Below, one piece after another: positions 37,030-50,345 of a stretch of DNA of 64,000 bases (position 1 is its first letter; every line of letters begins with the position of its first letter). The translations under genes were made by a program, and so were the position numbers. A model generated the notes under the pieces. The model worked only from the letters and a program-made list of their open reading frames with translations, had not been told where the DNA came from and searched no databases. This stretch comes from Ginglymostoma cirratum (taxonomy: Eukaryota). The DNA is taken from assembly GCA_024137785.1 (NCBI GenBank), contig JAHRHZ010000078.1, positions 16,528,081 to 16,592,080 of the forward strand, written 5' to 3'.

Positions 37030-37850
37030 GCATCAGTTGGTAACACCATAGGCCTCTAAGGCAGAAAGTTAACCATTAAAGGGTCTCTTGAGTGTACCAC
37101 CAATACAGTGCTGTACTGTCAGAAATGCTGTCTTTTGGGTAAGACATTACAGGAAAGCTACATCAGCCCTGTAGGGACACAAAAGATTCCTGGCCAATAT
37201 TATCTTCCTGTCACCATCACTGAACCAAATTAGCTAGTGATAATTTCTGGAAGGATGTAGTTAGACTTGAAAAGGTTCAGAAAAGATTGACAAGGATGTT
37301 GCCAGGCTTGGAGGGTTTGAGCTACAGGGACAGGCTGAATAGGCTGGGGTGTTTTTTTTCTCCCCTGAAGCGTCGAAAGCTGAGGGACGACTTTATAGAG
37401 GTTTATAAAACCATGAGGGACATAGATAGGGTGAATAGCCAAGGGTAGGAGAGTCCAAAACCAGAGGTTTAAGGTGAGAGGGCAAAGATTTAAAAGGGAC
37501 CTGAGGAGCAACTTTTTCATACAGGGGGTAGTGTGTGTACGGAATGAGCTGCCAGAGGAAGTGGTGGAGGCTGGAACAGTTACAACATTTAAAAGACACC
37601 TGGATGGGTACATGAATAGGAAGGCCTCAGAGGGATTTGGGCTAAGTGCTGGCAAATGAGACTAGGATATCCAGTCAGCATGGATGAGTTGGCCCAAAAA
37701 GTCTGTTTCCATACAGTATGACTTCATGACTCTTGCTGTGAGCAAATTGACTCCTCCATTTACTTCATTGAGGCAGAAACCAGACTTCAGAAAAACCTAA
37801 TTGGCTGTGAAAAACTGGTCCTGAAGTTGTGAAAGGTAAAATACAAATTT
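37030..37850 (+). mobile_element. DeuSINE (SacSINE1-like), split by a CR1 insertion
   Basis: gtgctgtactgtcagaaatgctgtctttt...tcctggccaatatt before the CR1; ttgctgtgagcaaattg...attggctgtgaaa...cctgaagttgtgaaagg after it. Confidence 0.7.
37249..37733 (+). mobile_element. CR1 LINE 3' fragment nested in the DeuSINE
   Basis: LEKVQKRLTRMLPGLEGL and VRNELPEEVVEAGTVTTFKRHLDGYMNRK; tatgacttcatgactct tail. Confidence 0.9.
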
Positions 37851-40544
37851 TAGTCTTTTCTCTTCTCGTTTAAGCTCAATGAGGTGTAACCTTTTCAGTC
37901 GACTATAATACTATCATAACAGTCAATTACCATAATTGTGTGTTTAAAGATGATGATTTTAAGGCATTTTAAAATATATCTTTTACATGTTTCCCAAGAT
38001 AACGTCTCCATGTTGGTGAAGTCATGTGGTTTGATGCTTTCTGGCAATCCAGAAATGTCACAGGAAAATATCAAGACCCTTGACAGGAGAACAGCTGGGA
38101 AAACACAGTATACGTTTCCTAACTGGGGGAGAAAGAAAGTCTAACTTTTTGTTTCTTTGCTTTATTGTTCCCTTGGCACTTGCAACACCTGCTAATCAAA
38201 TCTCCATTTAAATGCAAGGTCCTGCAGCTCTAGTGGGAACAACAGTGTATGAGATTATACCAAGAATACTTCACACTAGACTCCCACAAGCACAGCCTGC
38301 AAATGTTAGAAACAGCACCAGGAGCAAACAGAACAGGGAGTTGGCATTTTTAACGAATTTGTTGAGTTGTTCCTCAGACACATTTACTGACTAATAACAT
38401 AATACAGCCTAGTAATATTTTTACTAAGTATCAGAGACTGCTTCTGAAAATGCATTAAATTTCTGTTGAAATTGTTCTTTGTTTCAGAGAACAGCAAATG
38501 CGTGTAGCTTCAGGCTGTTGCTGAGGCTAATGTTATGATAACAGACAGATGGCATATTACAATCAAAAGCCTTTCATTTGGCCACCTCATCCTTTTCTGA
38601 ACATTCATTTTGTCCATTTTTCACATTCTAGTATTTCATGGTTGTCAGGCACTTTAGTGCGTATAATCTGACAGCAATAAATTCTGGAGAAATGGGAAAT
38701 GTAAACTAGGAAGCAAGTAATAGCCTTCAACTGACAGAAAATAGCATGTGCTTCTAAAATTATTCCATTGTTTGCATATTTATTTACCAAAGACACTAGC
38801 ACTGTAAACCCAAGGTAGAAAATACTTCTTGCCATTAATATTCTTAACAAAAGTTGATTTATTGGAGGAAAGAATCAAATTTAACCTCACATTTTAATGA
38901 TAAGCAGTAAGTCATAACAGAAATTATAAACAGAAGGTGAACATTGACTCACCATTGGAGCCATTGATTTAATCTTCTTTCATGTGAGTATTTTGTTCAC
39001 TTGTTTCTAAGGAATCAAGGATTAACAGCTTGTAACTTGATAATGTTGAGATGGTGACATATTGTGTCTGATGTTGTTTAATCTTGCAAGGTTTCTCAAT
39101 ATGATACCACGGAAGCTGGTTATATTACATTCAGAGTTATGACAAGAACCTCTATATTTTACTGAGTGTCAAACATTTTGTATTTTCTGAGGATCACTGA
39201 CTACATAAGCTGAATGATGTGAATCATAATCTTTTTAAAATGATATATTGGCATATAGTGTGCCAATGGAGGAGTCCAAACCCTCAAGTCTGGCATATAT
39301 TCCATGTAGCGTCAATGCAGACAAACATATGGGAAACAGCTGCACAGAGCATCGTAAGGTTGGCTCAAAGAACATGAAGGCAATATTGTAAGAAGTAAGT
39401 CAGCTTTGGCTAAGTATCCGCGGCATAAGGGCCTGACCCAAAATATCATGAAGCAAGTGTTGATCGGTTTTTAGCATGGGTATAGACAGAGTATTGACAA
39501 TAAAACTATTTAAATCAGCAATCAGCAAAACAACAATGGAAAAATTGATTGATCACCTTCATATAGTTAAGAATCTTATTTAAGATTTCATCATGCACCA
39601 ATTAAATTTCCTCAGGCAGTTAATTAGTAAGGTATTCTCTAAGCGAAATCTTCCTGGTTCTGCAGGAACAGACTCAAAGGCAGGACCAGGAGAAAATTTA
39701 CAATATGTGACCTCGGGTCAGTGGTGTGACTTCTTCCCACCTCCAGGCTATTTTACCAGCGGTGGGTTATCACCAGAAATGGGTCACCACCCAGCAACAG
39801 TGAGTAGCCAATCTGTCCAATTCAGTCCCCCCCTTCGAGGCTGACTGGGAAAGCTTCTGGGATAATCAGATTGCTTTCCCTCTCCACGAAGAGAGTCTAG
39901 GTACAGCTTATTACCAGCAGGCCTGGGGATCCATGAGGCCTCCAGTACAAAGGTCTCACAGCAGAGCCCCCAGTATCCCACAGCTGCTGCCTGTGACTAT
40001 CCAATGGAGATGCTTCAAGTCTCCATTGTGCCTACCTGTGCCCATGAGGCTGCCCTGCTTCCTGGGTTGCAGCCTCATTGGTGGGATCATAAACTCTAAC
40101 TGCAATCTGTAAATGGACAGCAGATCTGGGGAAGGCCAATTAAAAGGTTAGCTCAGGGAAGTTCTCCCAAGCAGGACCCTGAAAGCTAAAATGGAAACTA
40201 TATGGTCTTGACCCTCAAATACTTTTTAAAAAGCACAAGATTTCACTCATATCAAGCTGAGGGTTGTAATGAATCTGTGAAAGTAGAAGGGTAATAAAAG
40301 CCTTTACATACCTTAAATATACGTTAGAAAGGGGTATAAAGTCAATTTCTGTCAAAACGTTAATTATCAAATTCTTCCAAGAATCACTGGCCCAGTATTG
40401 ACTGGTCTTGTGAGGGGCGGGGTGGGGGTAGCATGTTATGGGTTTTGACACCAGAAGGTTATTTTGCCTGATATGACAGTGCCTCTGGTATACTAGCCCT
40501 CATAACTTAAGAAAATCAAGACAGATATCATGATATTAAAGAAT

Positions 40545-42410
40545 CATTGGATGAACCAGGAAGTCCACTCCCTACTGAAGACCAGACGTGCAGCATTCAA
40601 GTCGGGAGACCCGGACCGATACAGAAAATCCAGATATGACCTCCGCAAAGCCATCAGGGAGGCCAAGAGGCAGTACTGGGTCAGGTTAGAGGCCTAAACC
40701 AACTAAACAGACTCCCACTGTCTATGGCGAGGCCTAAACGACATTACCAGATACAAAATGAAACAGTGCAAGACAGTGGACAATGACACATCCCTCCCTG
40801 ACACACTTAGTGTTTTCTATGCTTGGTTTGAGCAGAATACCATCGGCATGGCAACGCCTGCCCTGACAGCCCCAGACACACCTGTTCCTTCTGTCACTGT
40901 TTCAGAAATCAGATCTATCTTCCTGGGAGTCAACCCAAGGAAAGCGATGGACCTGGATGGTGTCTCCGGCCGAGCACTTAAACCCTGTGAGGACCAACTG
41001 GTGGAGGTATTCACCAGCATCTTCAACCTGTCCCTCCTACAATCCGAAGTCCCCATCTGCTTCAAGAAGACCACCATCACCCCTGTACCCAAGAAAACAC
41101 ATGCAGTGTGCCTTAATGTCCACCGGCCAATAGCTCGGACTTCAATAATCATGAAGTGCTTCAAGATGCTGGTCATGATCCACACCAACTCCAGTCTCCC
41201 AACCTGCCTCAATCCCCTACAGTTTGCCTACCAACACAAAGGTCCACAGGGGATGCCAAATCCCTAGCCCTGCACTCATCCCTGGAACATCTGGAGATCA
41301 AAGACACCCACATCAGACTCTTGCTCATTGATTACAGCTCCACCTTCAACACCATTATCTCCTCTAGACTGATCTCAAAACTCTGTGACCTTGGTCTCGG
41401 CTCCGCTCTCTGCAACTGGATCCTCAGTTTTCTGACCCATAGGCCATAACCAGTGAAGACAGGTAACTGCACCTCCTCCACAATAACACTCAACACTAGG
41501 GACCCCCCAAGGATGTGTCCTCAACCCCCTACTGTACTCCCTGTACACCTACAGCTGTGTTTCCAAATTCCAAATGAATGCCATCTACAAGTTCGTTGAT
41601 GACACCACCAAAGTGGGATGGATATCTAACAACGACGAGTCAAAATACAGAAGGGAGATAGAGGGTTTGGTGACACGGTGTAATGAAAACAATCTGTCTC
41701 AATGTCGGCAAAACTAAAGAGCTGATCATTGACTTCAGAAAGAAAGGAGGAGAATACACCCCCATCTAGATTAACAGAACTGAGGTTGAGAGGTTGAACA
41801 GCATCAAGTTCCTCAGACTGATGATAGCTGACGACATGTCCTGGACTTCCCACGTAAATGCAACAGTCAAGAAGGCACAACAACACTTCTTCTTCAGGCA
41901 GCTCAGGAAACTTGGCATGTCCATAGATACCCTCACCAACTTCGACAGATGCATCATTGAAAGCAAACTGTCTGGGTGCATAACGAAATGGTATGGCAAC
42001 TGCTCTGCCCAGGACCGTAAGAAACTACAGAAGGTAGTGTGCACAGCCCAGACCCTTACAGAAGCTAACCTTCCATCCATGGACTCTATTTACATGGCTC
42101 ACTGCCGTGGAAAGGCAGCCAACATCATCAAAGACCCATCGCACCCTGGTAATGATCTCCTGCAACCTCTTCCAGCAGGCAGAAGATACAGAAGCCTGAA
42201 CACACGCACCGGCAGGTTCAGGAACAGCTTCTTTCTGGCTGTTATCAGACTGTTGAATGGACTCTAGCCTCAAATAATGTAACCTGCAATGTAACCTGTT
42301 TGTCTCAAAGTCTTTACATCCTTTGCTTGCTGTGATCTGCCTGTATCTCTCGTAAACAAAGCTTTTCACTGTATTTCGGTACACATGACAATAAATCTAT
42401 CAATCAATCC
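40545..42410 (+). mobile_element. Rex1/Babar LINE, 5'-truncated and lightly decayed
   Basis: [81 protein letters not shown]; aataaa followed by a (caat)n tail. Confidence 0.92.
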
Positions 42411-42428
42411 AATTGAGGTTTATTACAG

Positions 42429-42565
42429 AATAAAAACTGAAAGAACTGCAGATGCTGTGAATCAGAAACAAAAACAAAGTTTCTGGAAAAGCTCAGCAGG
42501 CCTGGCAGCATCTGTGAAGGGAATAACAGAGTTAACGTTTCAGGTCCGGTGACCCTTCCTCAGAC
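42429..42565 (-). mobile_element. Short Penelope-like pseudo-LTR insertion with perfect 11-bp TSD
   Basis: gtttattacag at 42418-42428 and 42566-42576; the insert is homologous to the pLTR of the GIY-YIG-bearing copy at 17055-17200. Confidence 0.88.
42533..42563 (-). ncRNA. Minimal hammerhead ribozyme core
   Basis: Reverse strand CUGAGGA-A-GGGUC accg GACCU-GAAA-CG-UU: intact core, 5-bp stem II and palindromic ACGU stem III. The 5' strand of stem I is lost at the insertion edge. Confidence 0.65.
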
Positions 42566-43499
42566 GTTTATTACAGCTTTGATTATACACAAACATTACA
42601 TATCTTAGACACCTAGAATCTGGATTCCATAGGTATTAACATAAAATTTGCAGGGTTAAGTGAAATGAAGTTAAATGAAATTAAATAAAGCAAGGAGCAA
42701 GCATATGAAGTCTGGTGAAGAACTAATGATTTGGAGGCCACTGGTTTTAAAGTATTTCTGTGTTTTGCTGAAGGAATCTGCGTGTTTACATTGGAGTATT
42801 GTAACTCAGCAGTAATTCACTGAAGCTCTAGAAAAACTGAAGTTTTCTTTAATGCAGACTCAATAAATCAGATGTGATAAATTGGATTATTTATCAGCTG
42901 AATTTTTGACAGTCATAGAATTGTGTTGTGTGAATGTCATACAGTGGGTTAGATCGCATAAAAGTGGTGAACAGTGAGTGCAAACTAAGGTTAAGGTCGA
43001 ATTTGATTAAAAACAAGAGATAAACCTCTTTCCAAGGAGACACAAACAAGTCTTAATAAGTTATTGATCAAACCGATGTGGAAAATCTGTAATGTTTGTG
43101 ATATCTGCCAAACCGATCATTTCCTGGAGACTTGGTAGTGTCAAGTTTTGGATATACTGCTTCTTTATAAGGAAAGAATATTAAAACTTTGCCTTACAGC
43201 ACAATTAGGTTGAGAAAGAGGTTGCCTGATCAATGGTTAGAAGGGGGTACAGAGCAGACTGATCATATGTTCTGGTCTGATCTTCAGATAAGTCCACATA
43301 AAATGGTTCACTTGTGGTTGTTAGTATTGCAAAGGTAAACTATTTGCAGTATATTTTTGTCATGTACTTTGCTTTAATAAAAAAGTTTGGGTATATCCCA
43401 TTGTTAGGATGGCCTTGGGTTATATCCAGAGTAAAGTTGATGGTCCAGGGAAAGTGGGAATAAAAGCCTACAGAAAATATCAAGTTATTAAGAACAGAG

Positions 43500-46400
43500 C
43501 TGCATGCATCTTGGGAGCATGTCATGCTTTCAAGTGATCCAGGTTAAGATGGAATCTATGATATTTATACCCTTAGGTTGCATGGCTTGTTGCAGTGATG
43601 ATATCATGAGCAAATCTCAAAGGTATAGTGACATTAAGACCGTGAGGCATAACACAACATTCCCCCTTGTCCAAAGATAAAAGCTTATCATAAACAGATA
43701 TATACATGGTTGTACATTGAAATGTGTTGTTAATTCATAACCATACAAACAAATAAAACAGAGTTTACAAATTATCTTTACAAACTTCAACCTAACACTT
43801 TAGAGGTCGATGTCTCGGCCTGATCTGGTGATCATACACCCACGTGGAGGGGTATATGTTGTTCTCTATTTGCACTTGTTTGACTTGGCTTTCTTGCTGC
43901 CTATTGCTGTCACTCGACATCACTGCACATTCATCACGTCTGAGTTTTCTTCCTCACTCTCTTCATGATTGTTGTGTCATGCATTGGTTTCAGCTGGCTT
44001 CTGTTCCTTCACTATACGGCATCAGGATCAGGAATGATTTCATACCATCTGGCTGGTTGCATATTTCAGAAGCTTACACTGGTATCCACTCATTGATATT
44101 TGGATTAGGCGCTTACTTTCCTTGCCGAATGCAGATTTTTGGTAGATGTCTGCCAGGTCATTCATTGCGTATTGCTTTCATTCTGCCCTGTTTTTGAAGG
44201 AGACTTCTGTGCCTCAAATTGGTTAGATAATTGGCAGCTGAGCAAGGTCATTCACACTTGCCTTATGAGAATAAGCTGCGCTTTTTTTCAATTTGTTCAT
44301 GGGTGAGGGAAGTTGAAAGTCAACATTGTGCGCCTAGAGTCACAAGTAGGCCAGGTAAGGATGGAAGACTTCTGTTGAGTTCAAATTTTACCATCTACCA
44401 TGGTGGGATTTGAACTCGCGTCCTCAGAACATTAGCCTGGCGCTCTGGATTACTAGTCCAGTGTCATTACCATGGTACCATCCCCTTGGCTCCTGTTTGT
44501 CTGCACTCAATTTAGTGCTTGTTCAAACAGCTAATTAAAATCCTGGCCATAGCTGTTGGTTACTTGCTTTCACACAATGCAGCAATCCTTTCAAAACACT
44601 GGCTATAAAATAGATTTTTTTTTCATTTCAATCCACAATAATAAAAAACACAAAAATAAAGGCATGGTCCTTACATGCCTCATATGTAATCATGAGTCAC
44701 TGAATATCCTAGCCCATACACAGATTCGCATGCTAACTATCTTGTGCATTCAACATCAATGTGTCCTTGATATAATATAGACATGATTTCTAGGCATACT
44801 TTTTGATATGCAGACCTGTTCATTCTTGAACATGACTTTGTATGGGCAAAATAAAGGAGCCTCCTCAGGTGCTTCTTTCATACTTTCAGGCCATTGCTAG
44901 AGAATGATCTTTTGCAGCTTACAGTTGTTCATATTTAACAGTTGATGATTGCAACTGTTCACCTTGATCTTGACCAAAATGTTACAGACCAACCTTGAGA
45001 ACATCTTCAACTTTGTAGTTGAGAGCATCAATGTGTAGATCAAGAGGAAAATCTTGATTTTTGTGTGGGCTGGGTATCCTGCTCAGTTGGAAGTAATCAT
45101 CCTGGTACTGGCTGATATCTCACATCAGCGTCATTTCCTTTGACCTTGGTTGATTCAATAGTCTCACATGTGGACAGTTATGCCAAAGTGAGTATGGTTT
45201 GACAGTGATGAGCGTGACTATACTGAAATCTGTGTATCTGAGTAATCCTGCCACTGTTGAACCACTGGCTCTGAGTGGGTAGAAGACTTCAGGAAACCAA
45301 GGCAGGTCGTATGTTGGGACTGCAGTGTGACTCTGCCAATGCAGAGAATTAATGATCCATTATGCACATTGGATGTAACCCGGACTACCACTTGCTGAGG
45401 TACATGGCTTTAAATGATGTTTTCCTGTATTTTTCACATGTATGATGTTAACAGTTATAAAAGCTTCACCCCATTTTGTTGACGTGCTGTATGGGGTTCA
45501 CATTGTGGAAAGATAGGTCATCTTCTGACAGTAGCCTTTCACTTGGTTGACTATGAACTTCATTGAGGTATTTGCATTTGCGCACTTTCTGAACACTTTC
45601 CTTGCTGCCGGTGTTATCTTGTCTTATCCTGTGCTTTGTTCTGGGATCTAACTCGGCCTATATACGTGTGCCCAATGTCACTTGTTACCATTTATTGTAG
45701 AGATATCAAGAAAGGCCTGACAGCTTTTAGGTAGGTGAAGCAAGCTGCTTGTGTTAAAGATTCATGCACCTTGCTGATCATAGCAAAAGCATTGGCTGCA
45801 GTTAAAGCATGTAATCGTTATCGGTCTGCCACTATGGTTTCATTCCTTGTCCACAGTTAGGTAATCCGTCACTTTCTCTTGCCCAAATAGATCCTTGTCA
45901 AAGACTGTAACTGGAGTGGAACCAAAGACTCACTTATTTAGCTATTCTAACAGTTCCTTTTTGAAACAGTAATACTTATGCCCAATCCAACACTAGAGTC
46001 TTGGGGTTGCTGTCTGTATGACATAATTTGGCATCTGTTAATTCTGAGGGTAATTCTTACCTTGACCTGTTTCTCGAGAACTTTCCCAATCTTTTCTGAA
46101 CCTATTTGTTCAGTTTTTTGAAAAATCAGATGTGTTAATTCCATAAAATCCTGCTACACTGATCCCAAGCAAGATTTTGTGAGCTCTTTTCTCTGCATAT
46201 CTAGGGCTTGATCTGTAAAATTAAACTGGATATATTGTTTGCAAAGTTGAAATTCAGTAAAGGTGTCATGAATGTTTCCCCGTCCAAAATTAAGCGTTTG
46301 CCTTCCATTTCTCTTTGCAGGTCTTCACTTTTTTTGAAGTAGAATGCAGGGCAGTCCTTGTTTCTTTTCCTAGTTTTGTTTCTCTCCCCTTTTATTTTTG

Positions 46401-47110
46401 AACGTTGCTTCTGATTCTGTTTATTTTTCTCGATTGCACCTCTGTTACTGGCATTGACCCCTTTCAAATCTGTTTCTTTAAGAATTCCAAATTTGTAGTT
46501 TCAAGAATTGCAGCCTTGTAGTTCCATATTTCTAGCTGTAGGAGGCATACACAGCAAATAAGGACTGATGATATCACATGGGCTTCTCTTAAATTCATAC
46601 AGATTTAGAGAAAGAAAATGACAGACCTGTGGATGTAGGTAAGTCTTCATAATGTAAAAAAAACGCTTTTTTCAGTGTTCTAAATCTATGTTTGTTTTTA
46701 GGAGTGCTTTAAAACTGTGTTTTTAGGGCCTTTTAACTGCCATTTATTTTTAAACAAATTAGCAGCCTGTTGGGTTTCTTATTTTTTCTAAGAAATGGAG
46801 AAATGTGCAGTGCTCTCTGTGCAACCTATGGTTTTGCTTGCAATGTAAGAAACTAGACATCGATATTGTGGTATTGAAGAGTCCAACAGGTGTTTATTAC
46901 TGCTACAATAATGTGCAAACATTATATCTGTCAGAGACCTTGGGTCTGGGCTAGCACCACGTTACTATGTTATACAAGAAGCCTGCTTTGTCTAGCATAT
47001 CATGCTTCAAGTCATCCAAGTTTAAATGGAGTGTGTGATCTTAATACTCTTAGGTTGCGGGTGAAAATATCATGAGCATTTCTCTCAGAGACATACTGAC
47101 CAAGAAACAT
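43500..47110 (-). mobile_element. Gypsy/Ty3 LTR retrotransposon fossil with paired LTRs and internal deletion
   Basis: Homologous LTR segments at about 43515-43659 and 46990-47110. Polypurine tract caagggggaa (43660-43669) abuts TG. Gag: KVLEKQVKVRITLRI...MSYRQQPQ. Pol: LSRIPSP...QWPESMKE...LYQGHIDVECTR*LACESVY. Integrase tail: RNRSQLK. Confidence 0.8.
44283..44485 (-). mobile_element. tRNA-derived SINE (26890 family) nested in the Gypsy fossil
   Basis: gtcacaagtaggcc...ccatggtgggatttgaactc...ctctggattactagtcc. Confidence 0.75.
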
Positions 47111-47829
47111 GTAGTTTGAGGTTAGAAACTGTGAAATTCTATTTCCACAATGTTTCACTTTCCTCGACAGCTCCTCCATCCAAAGACCAGCCTCATTGGC
47201 AAGCTAGCTACCATCTCAGGAGGGAATGCTCGAGAGGAGGCCACAGCCAAGGAACAGAAAGTTGTGGCGGGTAAGGATGGGGTCTCTAATCGAAAGAGGG
47301 TGTTCAATCTTTGATCCCAGCGCAAGAGGGTGGGCGGACTGTTGCAGTGGTGAGGAGGATCTTTCATTGGTGCCGAAGGGGAGGTATTGTCAGATGATAG
47401 GGAAGAAGGTTTAGCAGCATGGGTGAGACATTCCTGCTCTTGCTAGCTCAGCTGCAGTTTTGCAATGACTCTTGCCTTTTCCATAAAGCAGTCCTTATTT
47501 CCCTTTACCTGCCAGGTTTCCTGCAGCTTGTGAAGCTAGATATGCTGAGGTTAAACGGGGAAGGCAGGGTTAAACATGAGGGACACTGCCTATTCAAAGT
47601 ATTATGATGTTCAACACACCTTCTTGGATTGGGTTGGCAGCCTGTCAACAAAACTAAATGTGCTGGTTTGCATTAAATTTTGAAAGACATTTAACTATAT
47701 CCACCAGTATTTTTTTCCATATATTATTGCCCCTTTTTAAGTCCTTGGCTGTTTGGATCTGATTTTGCAAAATCACTTTCCTGGTTGAGCAATCTCACTC
47801 AATTGTTGAGCATATCTCACTGCTGGCTC

Positions 47830-48800
47830 TTCAGGTCTTCCATTTTGGACAGCAGCATCCAAATCTCAGGTCAGGTTCCGCAGAGCACGACCAGCTGCAT
47901 GCCCAACCACAGAGGTTGGCATTGGGCATGCATTTGTCTTACCACATCATCGTGACACATCTCTGACCCACTTACAATACGATTCGCTTTTCCATGATGC
48001 TCTTTGGTAGCATCCCTTATAAGCACTTCCAGGACACTTTGCACACAAGGACAGCTATCCATCTTACTGACTGGTCCAGAATACACATCAAGGCTCCTCA
48101 CTCACTCACTTTGCGAGTACTTGCATGCTTGAAGCATCTCTGTTTTTCCTTTCTGCACTTTGCTGCCTAATTCAGAATTTAAAGGTTCATAGTCCTTCTG
48201 TCTTGATTTGCCTTTTAGCAGCATCACAAAGTCAGGTAGTTTATCATGGTTGTCTGCAGTGATCAATCAAGGGGTCCAGGATATTGGTACCCTGTGACAT
48301 ATTGTTTCAACCAAATGACCATGTCTCAAAGTCTAAAGCCCTTAGTCAGACTAGGGCATACAGCCTTCAGTCAGCAGGTCCCAGAGCAGAAAGTCTTGGT
48401 CCAATATCGGTCTAGGGACATGTCATGGTCAGTCAGATGCTCAGGGTGTACAAGGTCAGGGGATCCTCTTCTGGGAATTCTGTTGGTAAGTCAGTCAGGA
48501 ACTGCACAAAGATCAGTCAGGGACCCAGACATTCATCAAAGGGGTATATCCCCACTTTGGTTTTGGGGGTGTGCCATGGTCAGTCTAAGGGTATGTATCT
48601 AATGAAAGTCTTGGGGGTTTATCAGGGGCCACTTTTGTGCTGGTGATGCTGGGAATGTCAATTGTGGGGATTCGTGGCAGCATGCCAGGATGCAGAGGGG
48701 ATAATAATTGTAAACTCAGTGTGTGACAGTGAGCCATTATAGTGCATAGAAGGGTAAATGGTACTGCAGGGTCTTCATCGGCCACCATCACCCTGGCTTA
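47830..48800. repeat. Second copy of the 7560-8230 repeat, with a possible Myb/SANT remnant on the minus strand
   Basis: Homology to 7750-8230; ggtcagtca array at 48330-48600; minus translation SVLEVLIRDA weakly resembles the MSANT N-terminus. Confidence 0.5.
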
Positions 48801-49644
48801 AATTGGTTACAGTGCACAGTTATATTTAATACAATAAAACTGTGCGCCTTGGACTCAATGGAAAGAGTGGGAAGCTTTATGATTAAATAAATTGGTTGGA
48901 TGGGGACATGGGGAGATCAAAGTTGGGGTTAACATGGAGGACAATGGAGAAAGGAACGTAAAAGTTTGGGGATTCACCTAGACTGAGAGGCTGATCCTGT
49001 AACCCACTCTATGCAGCATGACTTACGTTGCCTTTCATCTTTATCCAAATCACAAATGCATAAAGAAAATGAAAATGGCTGTTGCCACATCCTGAGCAGA
49101 GGAATAAGTGTTTTTCTCTCAGAGGGAGGGGGATCCTTATTTATGTGAAGTGAAAGTCCTCAAAAGGCAACAACATTAATCAGACTCTCACACAGTGCTG
49201 ATGAAGGACATTTATTATCACAATGCTGCATGTGGATCTCATACATTGACCCTTTGTCTTGCATAAAAATCATGGCCTCAAGCACTCATGGCCATATTAT
49301 TCAGCATTACTAATCAATCCTACTCACAGCTATGAGGCACAAACAGGGTCTTGTGGCCTGGAAAGATTGACCCTAGTTGCCAAAGTAGAAATTACCTTCC
49401 AAGTTCCCAAAGCCTGCACAAAGTTCAGGAGCTGCTCACTTCACACCCAAGAGCATAAAATGTACACGCTATTATCCTCCATACAATGCTGCTTTCTTGG
49501 ACACTGTGAGGAAAAGTCTCCGTTATTGTTGCCACACGTACAATCTGATATTGCATATGCACTAGAAGGCTTGAGCTGCATATACCTAAAGCAAATCAAT
49601 GATATTCAATGTTCATTTAGAGATATCCTACCTGACCTTTAAAA

Positions 49645-49925
49645 ATAAAGGATCATCCATTTAGGACAGAAATGGGGATTTTGTTTTTCCCTCAGAGGGT
49701 TGAGAATTTTTGGAATTTCCTTCTTCAAAATGCAATGGATACAGAACTTTAAATATTTTTAAGGCAGAGGTAGATAGATCGAAGAAAATGAAAATTATCG
49801 GGGATATGCAATAATGTAGAGTTAATGTTAAAAACAGATAACCCATGATCATTTTGAAAGGCTGAAAGGGCTGAGTGGCCTACTCTTGTTCCTTATTCAA
49901 ATAATCCTTGTTTGTATGTTCATAT
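49645..49925 (+). mobile_element. CR1 LINE 3' fragment
   Basis: catttaggacagaaatg...tttaaggcagaggtagatagat...gggctgagtggcctactc; same family as 14930-15655. Confidence 0.8.
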
Positions 49926-50311
49926 GGCCTCCTTGTTGAGGGTCTCCCTGTCCCAAAGTTTGGAGGATAGTGCTCAAATATTATTCGATATGATTCACAG
50001 TAATTAACAGCTTGGTCCAAGGCCTCGAGTTAAATAAAACAATGTAATTTTATTATCCATACATGTAAGTACTGTCTAAGAATACAGACATTAAAATCTG
50101 TGACTAGATTCCACATTCACTGGCAAGAAGGGTTTGAAGTCCTTCACAGTCTCCATCCCTTGGTTAAAAACTGTAAAATTAATCAGCAGATAGCCTTTGA
50201 GCAATATGTCTTGGCTGGAGGTGCAACAGATAAGCTTCACAAGATGAGATAACAAGCATGGGGCTGGATGAACACAGCAGGTCAAGCAGCATCATAGGAG
50301 CAGGAAAACAT

Positions 50312-50339
50312 GACGTTTCGGGCCTAAACCCTTCATCAG
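50312..50339 (-). ncRNA. Minimal hammerhead ribozyme core (inverted copy)
   Basis: Exact reverse complement of 50752-50779. Confidence 0.6.
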
Positions 50340-50345
50340 AAAAGG

